Shown in pieces: positions 30,112 to 40,222 of a DNA stretch of 64,000 nucleotides (within the stretch, counting starts at the first letter, position 1; every line of letters begins with the position of its first letter). A model generated the notes under the pieces. It worked only from the letters and a program-made list of their open reading frames with translations. It was not told the origin of the DNA and ran no database searches. Source of the stretch: an uncultured Psychromonas sp. (lineage in GTDB: Bacteria > Pseudomonadota > Gammaproteobacteria > Enterobacterales > Psychromonadaceae); the NCBI GenBank assembly GCA_963682165.1, contig OY821666.1:580771-644770 (forward strand), written 5' to 3'. Made by a program: the position numbers and the translations under genes.

Positions 30112-30118
30112 TAAGCCT

Positions 30119-30823
30119 CTATACCTTTCCATACCTGTATGACTTACCCTTTTTAAGGACATACTCTTCTAGAACTTTGTTTGAAAGTATTTCTTGCTTG
30201 TTTTTACAAAAGACACGAGCATGTTCTACTAGTTCTATAAATTTTTCTATTTGCTTAATACTCCAAGAATCTGGCTGCAACAATTCAGTACACATTCTTG
30301 GGAGATTTCCACGATTCTTCTTGGGGTCTAGAAGAATGATGATCTTTGAGTACTCTATTTTTTTCGCACCACTATGTGCTGCAAAATTATTTCTATACGA
30401 CATAGCTTCTTCGTGCGTTTCATGAAACTCTTCGCCTAAATTTACTTTTTCAAGCTTTACACGTCGACCTTCGCAGCTAGTGAAGCACTTTCCATATATA
30501 GTTAACGCAGCGACGAAAAGCCCCTTTATAGTATTGAATATTTCTCGATTTTCAAGGTTAACGATATTTTTAGTCGCATTAACATGGAGCTCATCTTGGC
30601 TTGCAAGTGTAATCACTGAATTTAGCCAGATTTTACAATTACGTAAGTCCTTTTCAATAAGTGTATATGCCGCGAATGCGTTCGCCTTTGGTGTATCAAG
30701 GACCACTCTATGAGCCCTGTTTCTCCTGTAGAAATACCTATTATAGAATTTGGACTCTTTAGGCAAAACAACCGTTTCAAACGTCCAGTTCGGATCATCC
30801 TCAAATAGCTTTTTTCTTGGCAT
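30119..30823 (-). CDS. Putative HEPN-domain cassette protein
   Basis: RNNFAAH (Rx4H-type) motif in a helical protein; bounded by complementary GTTAAGC/GCTTAAT sites. Confidence 0.65.
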   Translation of the reverse strand: MPRKKLFEDDPNWTFETVVLPKESKFYNRYFYRRNRAHRVVLDTPKANAFAAYTLIEKDLRNCKIWLNSVITLASQDELHVNATKNIVNLENREIFNTIKGLFVAALTIYGKCFTSCEGRRVKLEKVNLGEEFHETHEEAMSYRNNFAAHSGAKKIEYSKIIILLDPKKNRGNLPRMCTELLQPDSWSIKQIEKFIELVEHARVFCKNKQEILSNKVLEEYVLKKGKSYRYGKV

Positions 30824-30837
30824 GAAATTCCTTGTAG

Positions 30838-31179
30838 GCTTAACAGTATTATTAGTAGGAAACTTTCCTTCTAATTCCTAGAAAAGTTTCCGCCTATCTT
30901 CATTTCAGTATTTTAATTTTTCTATAAATTGCTATCAAAAACAATATGTTAGCGATATTTATAGGTTTTGACTGAGATAAAATAAGGGAAGCTTCCTATG
31001 TAATTGCCAGTTTAGTAGCAAACCTTCCTGCTAATTCCGCAGAAAGTTTTAGTCTAATTGCAAGCTACTCTTTTTCTTTTATATGTCAATTGTATATAAA
31101 ACAAACTATTAGCTAAGTTTATGGAATGTGAAGAAGATCAAATCAGCAAAGTATCCGCCTGATTACGCATTAGTTAGGA
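30838..31179 (-). repeat. Long tandem attC-family repeat, copy E (array-proximal)
   Basis: Near-identical to copy D. Confidence 0.8.
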
Positions 31180-31490
31180 AGGAGGCACTACTTTTTACCC
31201 ACAAGAGATGCAATAATGGAGAAATATAAACAACTCACTTGTGAACAAAGATAGCCATTTACTCGTATCAGAAAACAGCTACGATGCAAACAAAAATAAT
31301 ATCATGACTGGAAGTAAATCAATCCTGCATTTCTAGATAACTAAAACGCAATGCTGAGTATAGAACTTTAGCATGTCAAAACATTGAGTATAAAATAGGG
31401 TGCGGATTGGCCTGTTTTGGAGGATAACAACTTGGGTCAACAAGATACTAACAAAGCACTTATTTACACCTTAAAGTATAACTTGCAAGC

Positions 31491-32384
31491 ATGAATATTT
31501 TATTTGCAATGATCCCCGCTTTTTTGTGGGGAACAACGTATGCAGCTACTCAGTATGCCTTGCCTGAGTGGCCGCCATTGCTGCTAGGCGCGCTAAGGGC
31601 TCTTCCTGCTGGATTGCTTTTACTTCTACTTAAACCTTCGTTTCCTAAGCGTGAAGATTGGAAAAACCTATGCGTTCTTGGTAGTATTAATATCGCGGTG
31701 TTTTTTGCTTTTATTTTTATTATGGCATTAACCTTACCGTCAGCCATTTCTGGAGTTGGAATGCTTTCGGTTCCTACTTTTGCAATGTTATATCATTGGC
31801 TGGTAAATAAACAAAAACCATCATTAATACAATTGCTGTGCGGCTTGTTACTTATATCGCTAGCGTGGATTTTATTTGATCCAGGAGCAATGACCTTAAA
31901 CTTGTTCGGATTACTGGCAATGCTAGGAGCAATTATGTCTCTTGTTATTGGCAGTTGTCTAACCAAAAGTTTAGCCTCTAAAATTCATTGGTGGACGGTA
32001 TTAACTTGGCAGTTAATTATAGGAGGGAGCATTTTAGGCGTCTGTGCAGGCCTACATGCAATCGTTAATAAGCAGCTGTACATAGATGTTTTTAAAAATA
32101 TAAGCCTATTAAATATCAGTGGTGTGTTGTGGTTGATTATTTTTACGACTTCGATTGCTTATGGACTCTATGTTTGGTTACTGCAAAGAATGAGCGTTGT
32201 TGATTTTACCTTTGGCGGTATCGCCAATCCAATTGCAGGTATTTTATCTGGATATATTTTAATGAATGATGAGTTTTCTGCTGAGCAATACTTTTTAATG
32301 GGCCTGATGATCGTCACGAGTTTGCTTCCGCAATTGATTATTATCTTTAAAAATAAAATAGCAATGTGCAGGCTCGGCGAATAA
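31491..32384 (+). CDS. EamA/DMT family transporter
   Basis: LWGTTY, RALPAGLLL, two 5-TM repeats, NPIAGILSG. Confidence 0.88.
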   Translation: MNILFAMIPAFLWGTTYAATQYALPEWPPLLLGALRALPAGLLLLLLKPSFPKREDWKNLCVLGSINIAVFFAFIFIMALTLPSAISGVGMLSVPTFAMLYHWLVNKQKPSLIQLLCGLLLISLAWILFDPGAMTLNLFGLLAMLGAIMSLVIGSCLTKSLASKIHWWTVLTWQLIIGGSILGVCAGLHAIVNKQLYIDVFKNISLLNISGVLWLIIFTTSIAYGLYVWLLQRMSVVDFTFGGIANPIAGILSGYILMNDEFSAEQYFLMGLMIVTSLLPQLIIIFKNKIAMCRLGE

Positions 32385-32599
32385 TTACTACCCCCATAAT
32401 AAGTTTTAATTTCCCACGTTAGGCACTAAGCTTTGGCCTTAATACTTTTACTTCACCTCACGCTTAGTTTAGATCTTGGCTGGTAACTGCTATAATCAAC
32501 ATCTGAAAGTCAGAGTAAGCAATTTTTGACTTGAATTTACTCATTTTTCCTGGAAATATTTGAACGTTCATTTAGTGTGATTAGTATTTAGGAGTTTCA

Positions 32600-34834
32600 A
32601 TGGTTTCCATCAGAGGTTCACATTTTTCTCAACCAGATCAAACAGATCCTAACAAATGGATCGCAACACTTGGGCTAGAGGCTGAGGATCAAGAAAAGTT
32701 ATTACAAAATTATAATAAGGCATTATCTTTGTGCGTAGACGAACAGGACCGTCCATTTTTGCAGCTTGGTATAGAAATAGTTGAAATATTAGTCACATTA
32801 AACATGGACATGGATACGCTAAACGCTGCACTTATTTTCCCGTTACTGGCCAACAATCATATATTAACACAAGAGCAAGTTGAAAAAGACTGGGGGAAAC
32901 GCATAGCAAAGCTGGTTAAATATTCTACAGACATGGAAGGGATCCGCGCCCTTCAAGGACAAGGTACGTCGGAAATAGCAGCTTCGCAAGTGGCTAACTT
33001 ACGACATATGCTACTTGCCATGGTTGGGGATATACGCGCCGTGGTGATAAAACTCGCAGAACGAATTTGTTATATGCGCCAAATACGTCATAAAGATGAG
33101 ATCACTAAAATGACCGCTGCCAATGAAGTTGCATCTATTTACGCACCGCTTGCAAATAGATTAGGCATTGGCCAATTAAAATGGGAATTAGAAGATTTAG
33201 CTTTCTTTTATCAGCACCCAGATGATTATAAAAAAATAGTCAACTTACTGGCAGAAAAACGCAAAGATAGAGAAAGTTATATTGAGCAATTTATCAGTGA
33301 CGTTGATCAATTATTAAAAGATATGCAGATAGGCGGACACGCTTACGGACGACCTAAGCATGTTTATAGTATTTATCGAAAAATGCAAAAAAAAGAATTA
33401 CAATTTGATGAGCTATTTGATGTTAGAGCGGTAAGAGTTATTGTTGATGGCTTAGAAAATTGTTATGCGGTATTAGGCGCTATTCATAGCAAATTCAATC
33501 ATATATCGAGTGAGTTTGATGATTATATTGCGAAACCAAAAAGCAATGGTTACCAATCTATTCATTCAATTGTGTTAGGAAAAGGTAAAAAACCAATAGA
33601 AGTACAAATTCGTAGCCAACAGATGCATCATGATGCAGAATTAGGTGTTGCGGCACACTGGAAATATAAAGAAAGCAGTGCAGGTGGAAAGTCTGCCACC
33701 GGTTATGAAGAAAAAATAGCATGGTTGCGGAAAATTTTAGCTTGGCAAAAAGATATTTCAACCTCTAAAGGTGCGCTCGGTGAAATGCGCAGCAAAATGT
33801 TTGATGACAGAGTATATGTTTTCACACCCGATGGTGAAGTGATTGATCTGCCGGCCGGATCTACACCACTTGATTTTGCATATTATATTCATAGCCAAAT
33901 AGGGCATCGTTGTATCGGCGCTAAAGTTGCTAATAATATCGTTCCATTTACTTATCAGCTTAAAACTGGCGATCAGGTTGAAATTTTAACGCAAAAAGAG
34001 CCAAAGCCAAGCCGAGACTGGCTAAATGCTAATTTAGGTTATATCAATGCTCCTCGTGCAAGAAGCAAAGTAGCACTTTGGTTTAAAAAACAAGATCGTC
34101 AAAAAAATGTGATAGCAGGGCGTGATATATTAGAAGTTGAATTAGCGAAAGTGCATCTTAAGCTGACCGATGTCACGCCTGCGATTAAGCGCTTTAATGC
34201 TAGCTGTGTAGATGACATATTTGCAGGGATTGGTTGTGGTGATCTTCGCATTAACCAATTAATTCACTTTCTTGATGATCATTACCACTGGAAAACACCT
34301 GAACAATTAGATCTCGCCGCTTTAGAGGCTATTGATAAAAATACTAAAAATACTAAAAAGATAAAAAATATTAAAAAGAAAAGAAATGGTGATAATATTA
34401 TTATTGCTGGGGTTGATAATTTGTTGCATAGTATTGCGCATTGTTGTCAGCCAATTCCTGGTGAGCCAATCAAAGGATATATTACCCAAAGTCGTGGTAT
34501 TTCTATTCATCGGAGATCTTGTTTGCAATTGGCAGATTTAATAGAAGCACAGCCTGAACGTTTAATTTCAGCTAGTTGGTCCGATGTTCATAACGATATA
34601 TATTTTCTGATGTTGCGCCTAGAATCTATCGATCGCAGTGGCTTACTTAAAGATATAACAACGTTATTTGCAAATGAAAATTTAAGTTTGTTAGGCGTAC
34701 ATTCTTTTTCCAATGTGAAGGATCAATCTGTAACGATTGATTTAACTATTGAAGTGAATAACAGCGAAATTATTGTCCCTTTAATGACCAAGCTAAAACA
34801 AATTAAATATGTTCTGGATGTAAGAAGGCTGTAA
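32600..34834 (+). CDS. relA: GTP pyrophosphokinase RelA
   Basis: Degenerate HD domain, GRPKHVYSI, DVRAVR, NGYQSIH, EVQIR, TGS (TPLDFAY) and ACT domains. Confidence 0.96.
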   Translation: MVSIRGSHFSQPDQTDPNKWIATLGLEAEDQEKLLQNYNKALSLCVDEQDRPFLQLGIEIVEILVTLNMDMDTLNAALIFPLLANNHILTQEQVEKDWGKRIAKLVKYSTDMEGIRALQGQGTSEIAASQVANLRHMLLAMVGDIRAVVIKLAERICYMRQIRHKDEITKMTAANEVASIYAPLANRLGIGQLKWELEDLAFFYQHPDDYKKIVNLLAEKRKDRESYIEQFISDVDQLLKDMQIGGHAYGRPKHVYSIYRKMQKKELQFDELFDVRAVRVIVDGLENCYAVLGAIHSKFNHISSEFDDYIAKPKSNGYQSIHSIVLGKGKKPIEVQIRSQQMHHDAELGVAAHWKYKESSAGGKSATGYEEKIAWLRKILAWQKDISTSKGALGEMRSKMFDDRVYVFTPDGEVIDLPAGSTPLDFAYYIHSQIGHRCIGAKVANNIVPFTYQLKTGDQVEILTQKEPKPSRDWLNANLGYINAPRARSKVALWFKKQDRQKNVIAGRDILEVELAKVHLKLTDVTPAIKRFNASCVDDIFAGIGCGDLRINQLIHFLDDHYHWKTPEQLDLAALEAIDKNTKNTKKIKNIKKKRNGDNIIIAGVDNLLHSIAHCCQPIPGEPIKGYITQSRGISIHRRSCLQLADLIEAQPERLISASWSDVHNDIYFLMLRLESIDRSGLLKDITTLFANENLSLLGVHSFSNVKDQSVTIDLTIEVNNSEIIVPLMTKLKQIKYVLDVRRL

Positions 34835-34950
34835 CTGCTATTATTTTAGTTTTGTATGAGTCAGTTCGTTTTGCAATGAGTATCGGTAGGCCATGCTATT
34901 TTTATAGCCACGGCCTTGCGACTTTGCACTATGATATAAAAAGAAGTTAA

Positions 34951-35424
34951 TTATTCGTACTTTTTATAAAAACCGAGGAAGGGCAGTGGAAGCCTGCCAT
35001 GTAAATATTGATTGGCGAGGATCATACCAATGAGCATACATAATATGAATGCTAAAATGATGTTTGAGCCACTTAAAATACTTGCTATGGCAGGACCTGG
35101 ACAAATACCCGTTGTTGCCCAACCTATACCAAAAATAGATGCTCCTAAAATAAGATTCTTATCTATTGTTTTGCTTACTGTGGAATTAAACTTGTCACCG
35201 CTAATTGTTGTGGTACGCTTTTTAATTACTAGGTGATAAAAAGGAATGAATACGGATAATGCACCGCCCATTACAAATGCAAGGCTAGGATCCCAATCTC
35301 CGGTAATATTCAAAAAACCAATAGTTTTTACTGGATCAGCCATACCTGAAATAATCATCCCCATGCCAAATAGTATCCCTGAAATAAAACCTATTAAAAT
35401 GCGAAATTTTTTTGATCTAGACAA
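34951..35424 (-). CDS. YeeE/YedE family (DUF6691-type) membrane protein
   Basis: LFGMGMIISGM, WDPSLAFVMGGA and GICPGPA. Confidence 0.85.
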   Translation of the reverse strand: MSRSKKFRILIGFISGILFGMGMIISGMADPVKTIGFLNITGDWDPSLAFVMGGALSVFIPFYHLVIKKRTTTISGDKFNSTVSKTIDKNLILGASIFGIGWATTGICPGPAIASILSGSNIILAFILCMLIGMILANQYLHGRLPLPFLGFYKKYE

Positions 35425-35425
35425 A

Positions 35426-35848
35426 TTAAAGCTCTCCTAAAATTCGACGGATAAAAACGGTTAACATAGCAAACGCCATAAAAGTAATTGTTGCGAAAAT
35501 TGAACGTTTTGAAAAACGGCCAACACCTATAATACCGTGTCCACTGGTACAGCCATTACTAAGACGCGTGCCAAAACCAACTAGCAACCCCGCAATCGAT
35601 GTTGTTAAAACGTTCTCATTGCTAAAATCAGCGAGAGTAAAGCCAAAAGGGATAAGAATAAGTATGCTTATCACCGTGCCGATAATAAAAGTGGTTCGCC
35701 AGCTTGATTCGTGTTTTCCTGGGCTTAATAAACCACCAACAACGCCACTAACACCTGCTACTTTTCCACTAAATAACATTAATAACGAAGCAGAAAGACC
35801 TAATAAAATGCCACCTGCTAAAGACATCCAAGGGGTAAAGTTTTCCAT
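35426..35848 (-). CDS. YeeE/YedE family sulfur-transport membrane protein
   Basis: GKVAGVSG and GFGTRLSNGCTSGHG. Confidence 0.85.
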   Translation of the reverse strand: MENFTPWMSLAGGILLGLSASLLMLFSGKVAGVSGVVGGLLSPGKHESSWRTTFIIGTVISILILIPFGFTLADFSNENVLTTSIAGLLVGFGTRLSNGCTSGHGIIGVGRFSKRSIFATITFMAFAMLTVFIRRILGEL

Positions 35849-36188
35849 ATTATTTATACTTAATCTCAGTTTATTTGTATAGTCATAACTCTATAATAGA
35901 GTGTCATCTCTTTTTAGAGTCCTGCTGAAAAGATGAAAATTGGTGCTGCAAAGTAGCAAATAAATTCTCGTATCGGCTACCTAATAAAACACTCCAGGCG
36001 AGTATTTTATTGCTTTACTCATTTATTGTCAGGTAATACGGCAAGGTTTGTAAGGATCAAGAGCAAGTAATTAAGACAACTTCATTTTACTTTCGGTCAA
36101 AAGGCATAAAGCCATTACTCTCGCGTATGAGCACTTTTCACAGTAACGGATCTTTTTTTCAACTATTTTAATCAGACGTGCTAATACT

Positions 36189-36305
36189 TATACCCATGTT
36201 ACTTCGAAATGCAATATCAGCAAGGCAAACTGCGCTTGGACACGAAGCACAATTTGCCTTGCTGATATAGCATTTCACTCTCGCTTAAAAGGCATAAAAC
36301 TATTA
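36189..36305. mobile_element. Truncated TATACCCATG MITE
   Basis: tatacccatgttacttcgaaatgcaatatcagcaaggc end shared with the 54094 copy. Confidence 0.65.
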
Positions 36306-36621
36306 TTTTACCTTGTCAGTAATCATTTTTTAAAAGTGCGCCAACTTGGTTTTCTTTACTGTGTATTATTTCTAAACTACAGCGGATTATAACCTCTCAT
36401 AATAGCTTTAAGAGTTAAGTAGGTCACGTTTTACAGTGACTGCTCTTTCTTTTGCAACTATTTTACTTATGCGCCTACTTATATTTAAGTTACCTTCATA
36501 TGTTTAGTCAGACTGATGCGCTTTAGAAATGCAATAGCAGCAATTAATAAAAACAAGCAACACCTTATTAGTCAACAACACCAGATCATTACTTATTAAC
36601 TATCTAACGGCTCAAAGCCCT

Positions 36622-37728
36622 TTATTTTTTTAAGGCAGCGTAATTTTTACAACCAATTGCACTCTTCAATTTACAAGCTTTGTCGTAATACTCTAAGGCT
36701 TTAGCGTGACGCTTTTTAACACCTTTACCATATTCATACATAACCCCAAGATTAGAACAACTTTTGGCAACATTTAAACTACACGCCTTGCGCAAAAACT
36801 TTGCTGCTTTGAAAGCATCTTTTTTAACGCCTTTGCCATGTTCATACATAACCCCAAGATTATAACAACTATGGCCATAATTTAAACTACACGCCTTTTG
36901 GTAAAAATTTGCTGCTTTGAAATGATCTTGTTTAACGCCTTTGCCTTTGGCATAGATAACCCCAAGATTATGACAACCGTCGCCATTATTTAAATTACAT
37001 GCCTTCTCAAAAAACTTTACTACTTTGGAAGGATCTTGTTTAACACCTTGGCCATGTTGATACATAAGGCCAATATTATAACAACCAACAGCTGAATTTA
37101 AATCACAAGACTTCTGCAAAATCGTTAATGCTTTAGAATAATCTTGTTTAACACCTTCGCCTTTGAGATACTTATGCCCAAGATTAGAACAACCGTCGCC
37201 ATGGTTCAAAGTGCAGGCATTCTGAAAAAATTTTACTGCTTTGGAATCATCTTTTTTAACACCTTTGCCATGCTCATACATAACCCCAAGATTAGAACAG
37301 CCGTCGCCATCACTTAAACCACATGACTTTTTGTAAAACTTTGCTGCTTCGGAAGGATCTTTTTTAACACCTTCGCCAGCGGCATACATAATCCCAAGAT
37401 GATAACAACCTACGCCATTATTTAAAGTACACGATTTTTGGTAAAACTTTACTGCTTTGGAAGGATCTTGTTTAACACCATGGCCATGGTCATACGCAAG
37501 CCCAAGATTGTTACAAGCATAGCCTGAATTAAAATCACACGCCTTTTGGTACAACTTTGCTGCTATGGAATCATCTTCTTTAACACCTTTGCCTGAGCCG
37601 TATTTATAGCCAAGTTCGCTACATTCTTTTGCTGTCTTACACTTACTTGCCACTGCGTCTGCATTAGCTGTGGTTGTTAGCAAACTTAATAGTAGCAACA
37701 ATGGCATACTTATTATTAAATTTTTCAT
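36622..37728 (-). CDS. Secreted Sel1-repeat protein 1
   Basis: Signal peptide MKNLIISMPLLLLLSLLTTTANA; about 9 Sel1 repeats of 36 aa (GC.NLG.MY..G.GVK.D..KA). Confidence 0.9.
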   Translation of the reverse strand: MKNLIISMPLLLLLSLLTTTANADAVASKCKTAKECSELGYKYGSGKGVKEDDSIAAKLYQKACDFNSGYACNNLGLAYDHGHGVKQDPSKAVKFYQKSCTLNNGVGCYHLGIMYAAGEGVKKDPSEAAKFYKKSCGLSDGDGCSNLGVMYEHGKGVKKDDSKAVKFFQNACTLNHGDGCSNLGHKYLKGEGVKQDYSKALTILQKSCDLNSAVGCYNIGLMYQHGQGVKQDPSKVVKFFEKACNLNNGDGCHNLGVIYAKGKGVKQDHFKAANFYQKACSLNYGHSCYNLGVMYEHGKGVKKDAFKAAKFLRKACSLNVAKSCSNLGVMYEYGKGVKKRHAKALEYYDKACKLKSAIGCKNYAALKK

Positions 37729-37891
37729 TTTATTCCTTAGATATTTTATTAAAAAAGTCAAATTACTAGGGGCCTTATGCCCATGTTTTGTGAAAATGCA
37801 AAATCAGCAAGTAGTAGAAACAAGCAACACTCTATTAGGCAACAACAGCAGAGCATTAATTACTAACTATCAGCTAGCTCCTCAAAGCCCC

Positions 37892-38890
37892 TTAGCTTTT
37901 TAAGGCTTTGTAATCTTTACAACCAATAGCACTCTTCAAATCACAAGCTTTGCGGTAATACTTTAATGCTTTAGCATTATTTCTTTTAGCACCATTGCCA
38001 TATTCATACATAACCCCAAGATAAGCACAACCGTTGCCATTATTTAAACGACACGCCTTGGAGTAAAGCTTTACGGCTTTGAAATCATTTTCTTTAACGC
38101 CTTTGCCATTTTGATACATATATCCAAGACTAAAACAACCGCTGCTATAATTTAAAACACATGCCTTGTAGTAAAGCTTTGCGGCTTTGTTAGCATTTTG
38201 TTTAACGCCTTTGCCCGCAGCATACATAATGCCAAGATGATAACAACCTGTGGGATTTTTTAAAGTGCACGCTTTCTTGTAATACTTTGCTGCTTTGGAA
38301 TAATTTTGTTTAACGCCTTTGCCTTTGGCATACGCAAAACCAAGATTATCACAACCTTGATTAGACTTTAAACGACACGCCTTGCGAAAAAACTTTACTG
38401 CTTTGGAATCATTTTGTTTAATACCTTTGCCCGTTTCATACATGACACCAAAATTATAACAACCTTTGGCATAATTTAAAGTACACGATTTTTCCAAAAA
38501 CATTATTGCTTTGAAATCATGTTGCATAGCACCTTTGCCGCTTTGATACATAGACCCAATACTAAAACAACCTTTGCCATAATTTAAAATACACGACTTC
38601 TTCAAAAACGTTACTGCTTTATAATAATTTTGTTTAACTCCTTTGCCATCGGCATACATGCGTCCAAGATTATAACAACCCGCACCATTATCTAAACCAC
38701 ACGCCTTTTGAAAAAAATTTACTGCTTTGAAAAAATTTTGTTTAGTGCTTTTATTTTTGTAGTATTTATGTCCAAGTGCGGTACATTCAGAGCCTGTCTT
38801 ACACATACTTGCCACTGGGGCTGCATTAGCAGTGGTTGCTCGCAAAGCTAATAGTAGCAACAATGGCATACTTATTATTATTTTTTTCAT
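37892..38890 (-). CDS. Secreted Sel1-repeat protein 2
   Basis: Paralogous signal peptide; about 8 Sel1 repeats. Confidence 0.9.
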   Translation of the reverse strand: MKKIIISMPLLLLLALRATTANAAPVASMCKTGSECTALGHKYYKNKSTKQNFFKAVNFFQKACGLDNGAGCYNLGRMYADGKGVKQNYYKAVTFLKKSCILNYGKGCFSIGSMYQSGKGAMQHDFKAIMFLEKSCTLNYAKGCYNFGVMYETGKGIKQNDSKAVKFFRKACRLKSNQGCDNLGFAYAKGKGVKQNYSKAAKYYKKACTLKNPTGCYHLGIMYAAGKGVKQNANKAAKLYYKACVLNYSSGCFSLGYMYQNGKGVKENDFKAVKLYSKACRLNNGNGCAYLGVMYEYGNGAKRNNAKALKYYRKACDLKSAIGCKDYKALKS

Positions 38891-39038
38891 TTTACTCCTT
38901 AGATATGCCCTTAAATCCTTAATTACTCTGGGCTTTATAGCCATACGTCTTAAAAATGCAAAATCAGCAATTAATAGAAACAAGTAACACCCTATTAGGC
39001 AGCAACACCAGAGCATTAATTACTAATTATCTAACGCA

Positions 39039-39806
39039 TCAAAGCCCTTTATTTTTTAAGGCAGCGTAATTTTTACAACCAAGTGCATTCTTCAACTTAC
39101 AAGCTTTGCGGTAATACTCTAAGGCTTTTACATTACTCTTTTTAACATCTTTGCCACTTTCATACATAGCACCAATATCAGTGCAACCTCTGGCATTATT
39201 TAAATCACACGCTTTTTGGTAAAACTCGAAGGCTTTAGCACTACTTTTTTTAACAGCTGTGCCATGTTTATAGAGATTAGCAATGCTATTGCAACCTGAT
39301 GCATAATTCAAATCACATGACTTATGGATAAGCTTTATTGCTTTGGCCTCATTTTTTTTAATGACTATATACCCAAGATAATAACAACCTTCGCCCGAAT
39401 TTAAACCACACGCCTTCTTCAAATACTTTTTTGCTTTGAAATCATTTTTTTTAACACCTTTTCCATATTGATACATAATCCCAAGATAGGTACAACCTGC
39501 GGCTGAACCAAAACCACATGCCTTTTGGTAAAGCTTTACTGCTTTGGATTGATTTTGTTTAACGCCTTTGCCTTGGCCATACATAAGCCCAAGACTAGTA
39601 CAACCGTCATCTGACTTTGAATCACATGCCTTCTGAAAAAACTGTGCGGCTTTGGAATTATCTTGTTTAACGCCGTTGCCATTGAGGTAATTATGTCCAA
39701 GTGTGGCACACGCCTGGGCTGTAAAACACCAAGAGGCTGCATTAGCAGTGGTTGCTAACAAACTTAATAGTAGCAACAATGGCATACTTATTATTAAATT
39801 TTTCAT
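39039..39806 (-). CDS. Secreted Sel1-repeat protein 3
   Basis: Paralogous signal peptide; about 6 Sel1 repeats. Confidence 0.9.
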   Translation of the reverse strand: MKNLIISMPLLLLLSLLATTANAASWCFTAQACATLGHNYLNGNGVKQDNSKAAQFFQKACDSKSDDGCTSLGLMYGQGKGVKQNQSKAVKLYQKACGFGSAAGCTYLGIMYQYGKGVKKNDFKAKKYLKKACGLNSGEGCYYLGYIVIKKNEAKAIKLIHKSCDLNYASGCNSIANLYKHGTAVKKSSAKAFEFYQKACDLNNARGCTDIGAMYESGKDVKKSNVKALEYYRKACKLKNALGCKNYAALKNKGL

Positions 39807-40222
39807 TTTATTCCTTAGATATTTGTTTAAAAAACTAATTATTATGACTTAAGTGTTATTGTTAAATTTTGCTTGCGCAGTTATTTTAATAGGCTCACAG
39901 TAGTCTTATTTACCTTGGTTTTGTGGGAGTTTTTCCCACGCTGTTACTTTGTAGGTAAGATTTGCCGCTTTTGAGCTTGCTTACAGTGATGGTTTTTTGC
40001 TTCGTGTTTTTATAATATCTGTGCTCTTTCATCGGCTACCTTAGAAAATATCTTTTGCGCGGATTTTCTTGCTTTACTGTAAATTATTTCTAAATGCATT
40101 TGCAGTATAACCTCTCATAATAGCTTTAGGAGTTAAGTAGGTCACGTTTCACAGCTAGCGCTCTCTCTGTTTAAATTATTTTAGCCATGCGCCTAATTAT
40201 ACTCAAGTTACCTTCAGATGTT

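Larger units (their letters stand above)
10434..31200 (-). mobile_element. Integron gene-cassette array without an integron integrase in the window (CALIN-like)
   Basis: Successive minus-strand genes, each followed by RYYYAAC...GTTRRRY hairpins. Each cassette's upstream core site is complementary to its downstream inverse core site (e.g. GTTATGT/ACATAAT, GTTAGCT/AGCTAAT, GTTAAGC/GCTTAAT, GTTATGA/GCATAAC). No intI ORF in the track. Confidence 0.88.

Noticed and set aside
12002-31179. Long repeats or REPs as a CRISPR array
   Set aside because: Units are 170-340 bp or scattered hairpins separated by whole genes; there are no regular 25-45 bp spacers and no cas genes
31200-31490. attI site or Pc promoter at the proximal end of the array
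   Set aside because: No convincing attI core/direct-repeat structure and no adjacent intI could be identified by eye
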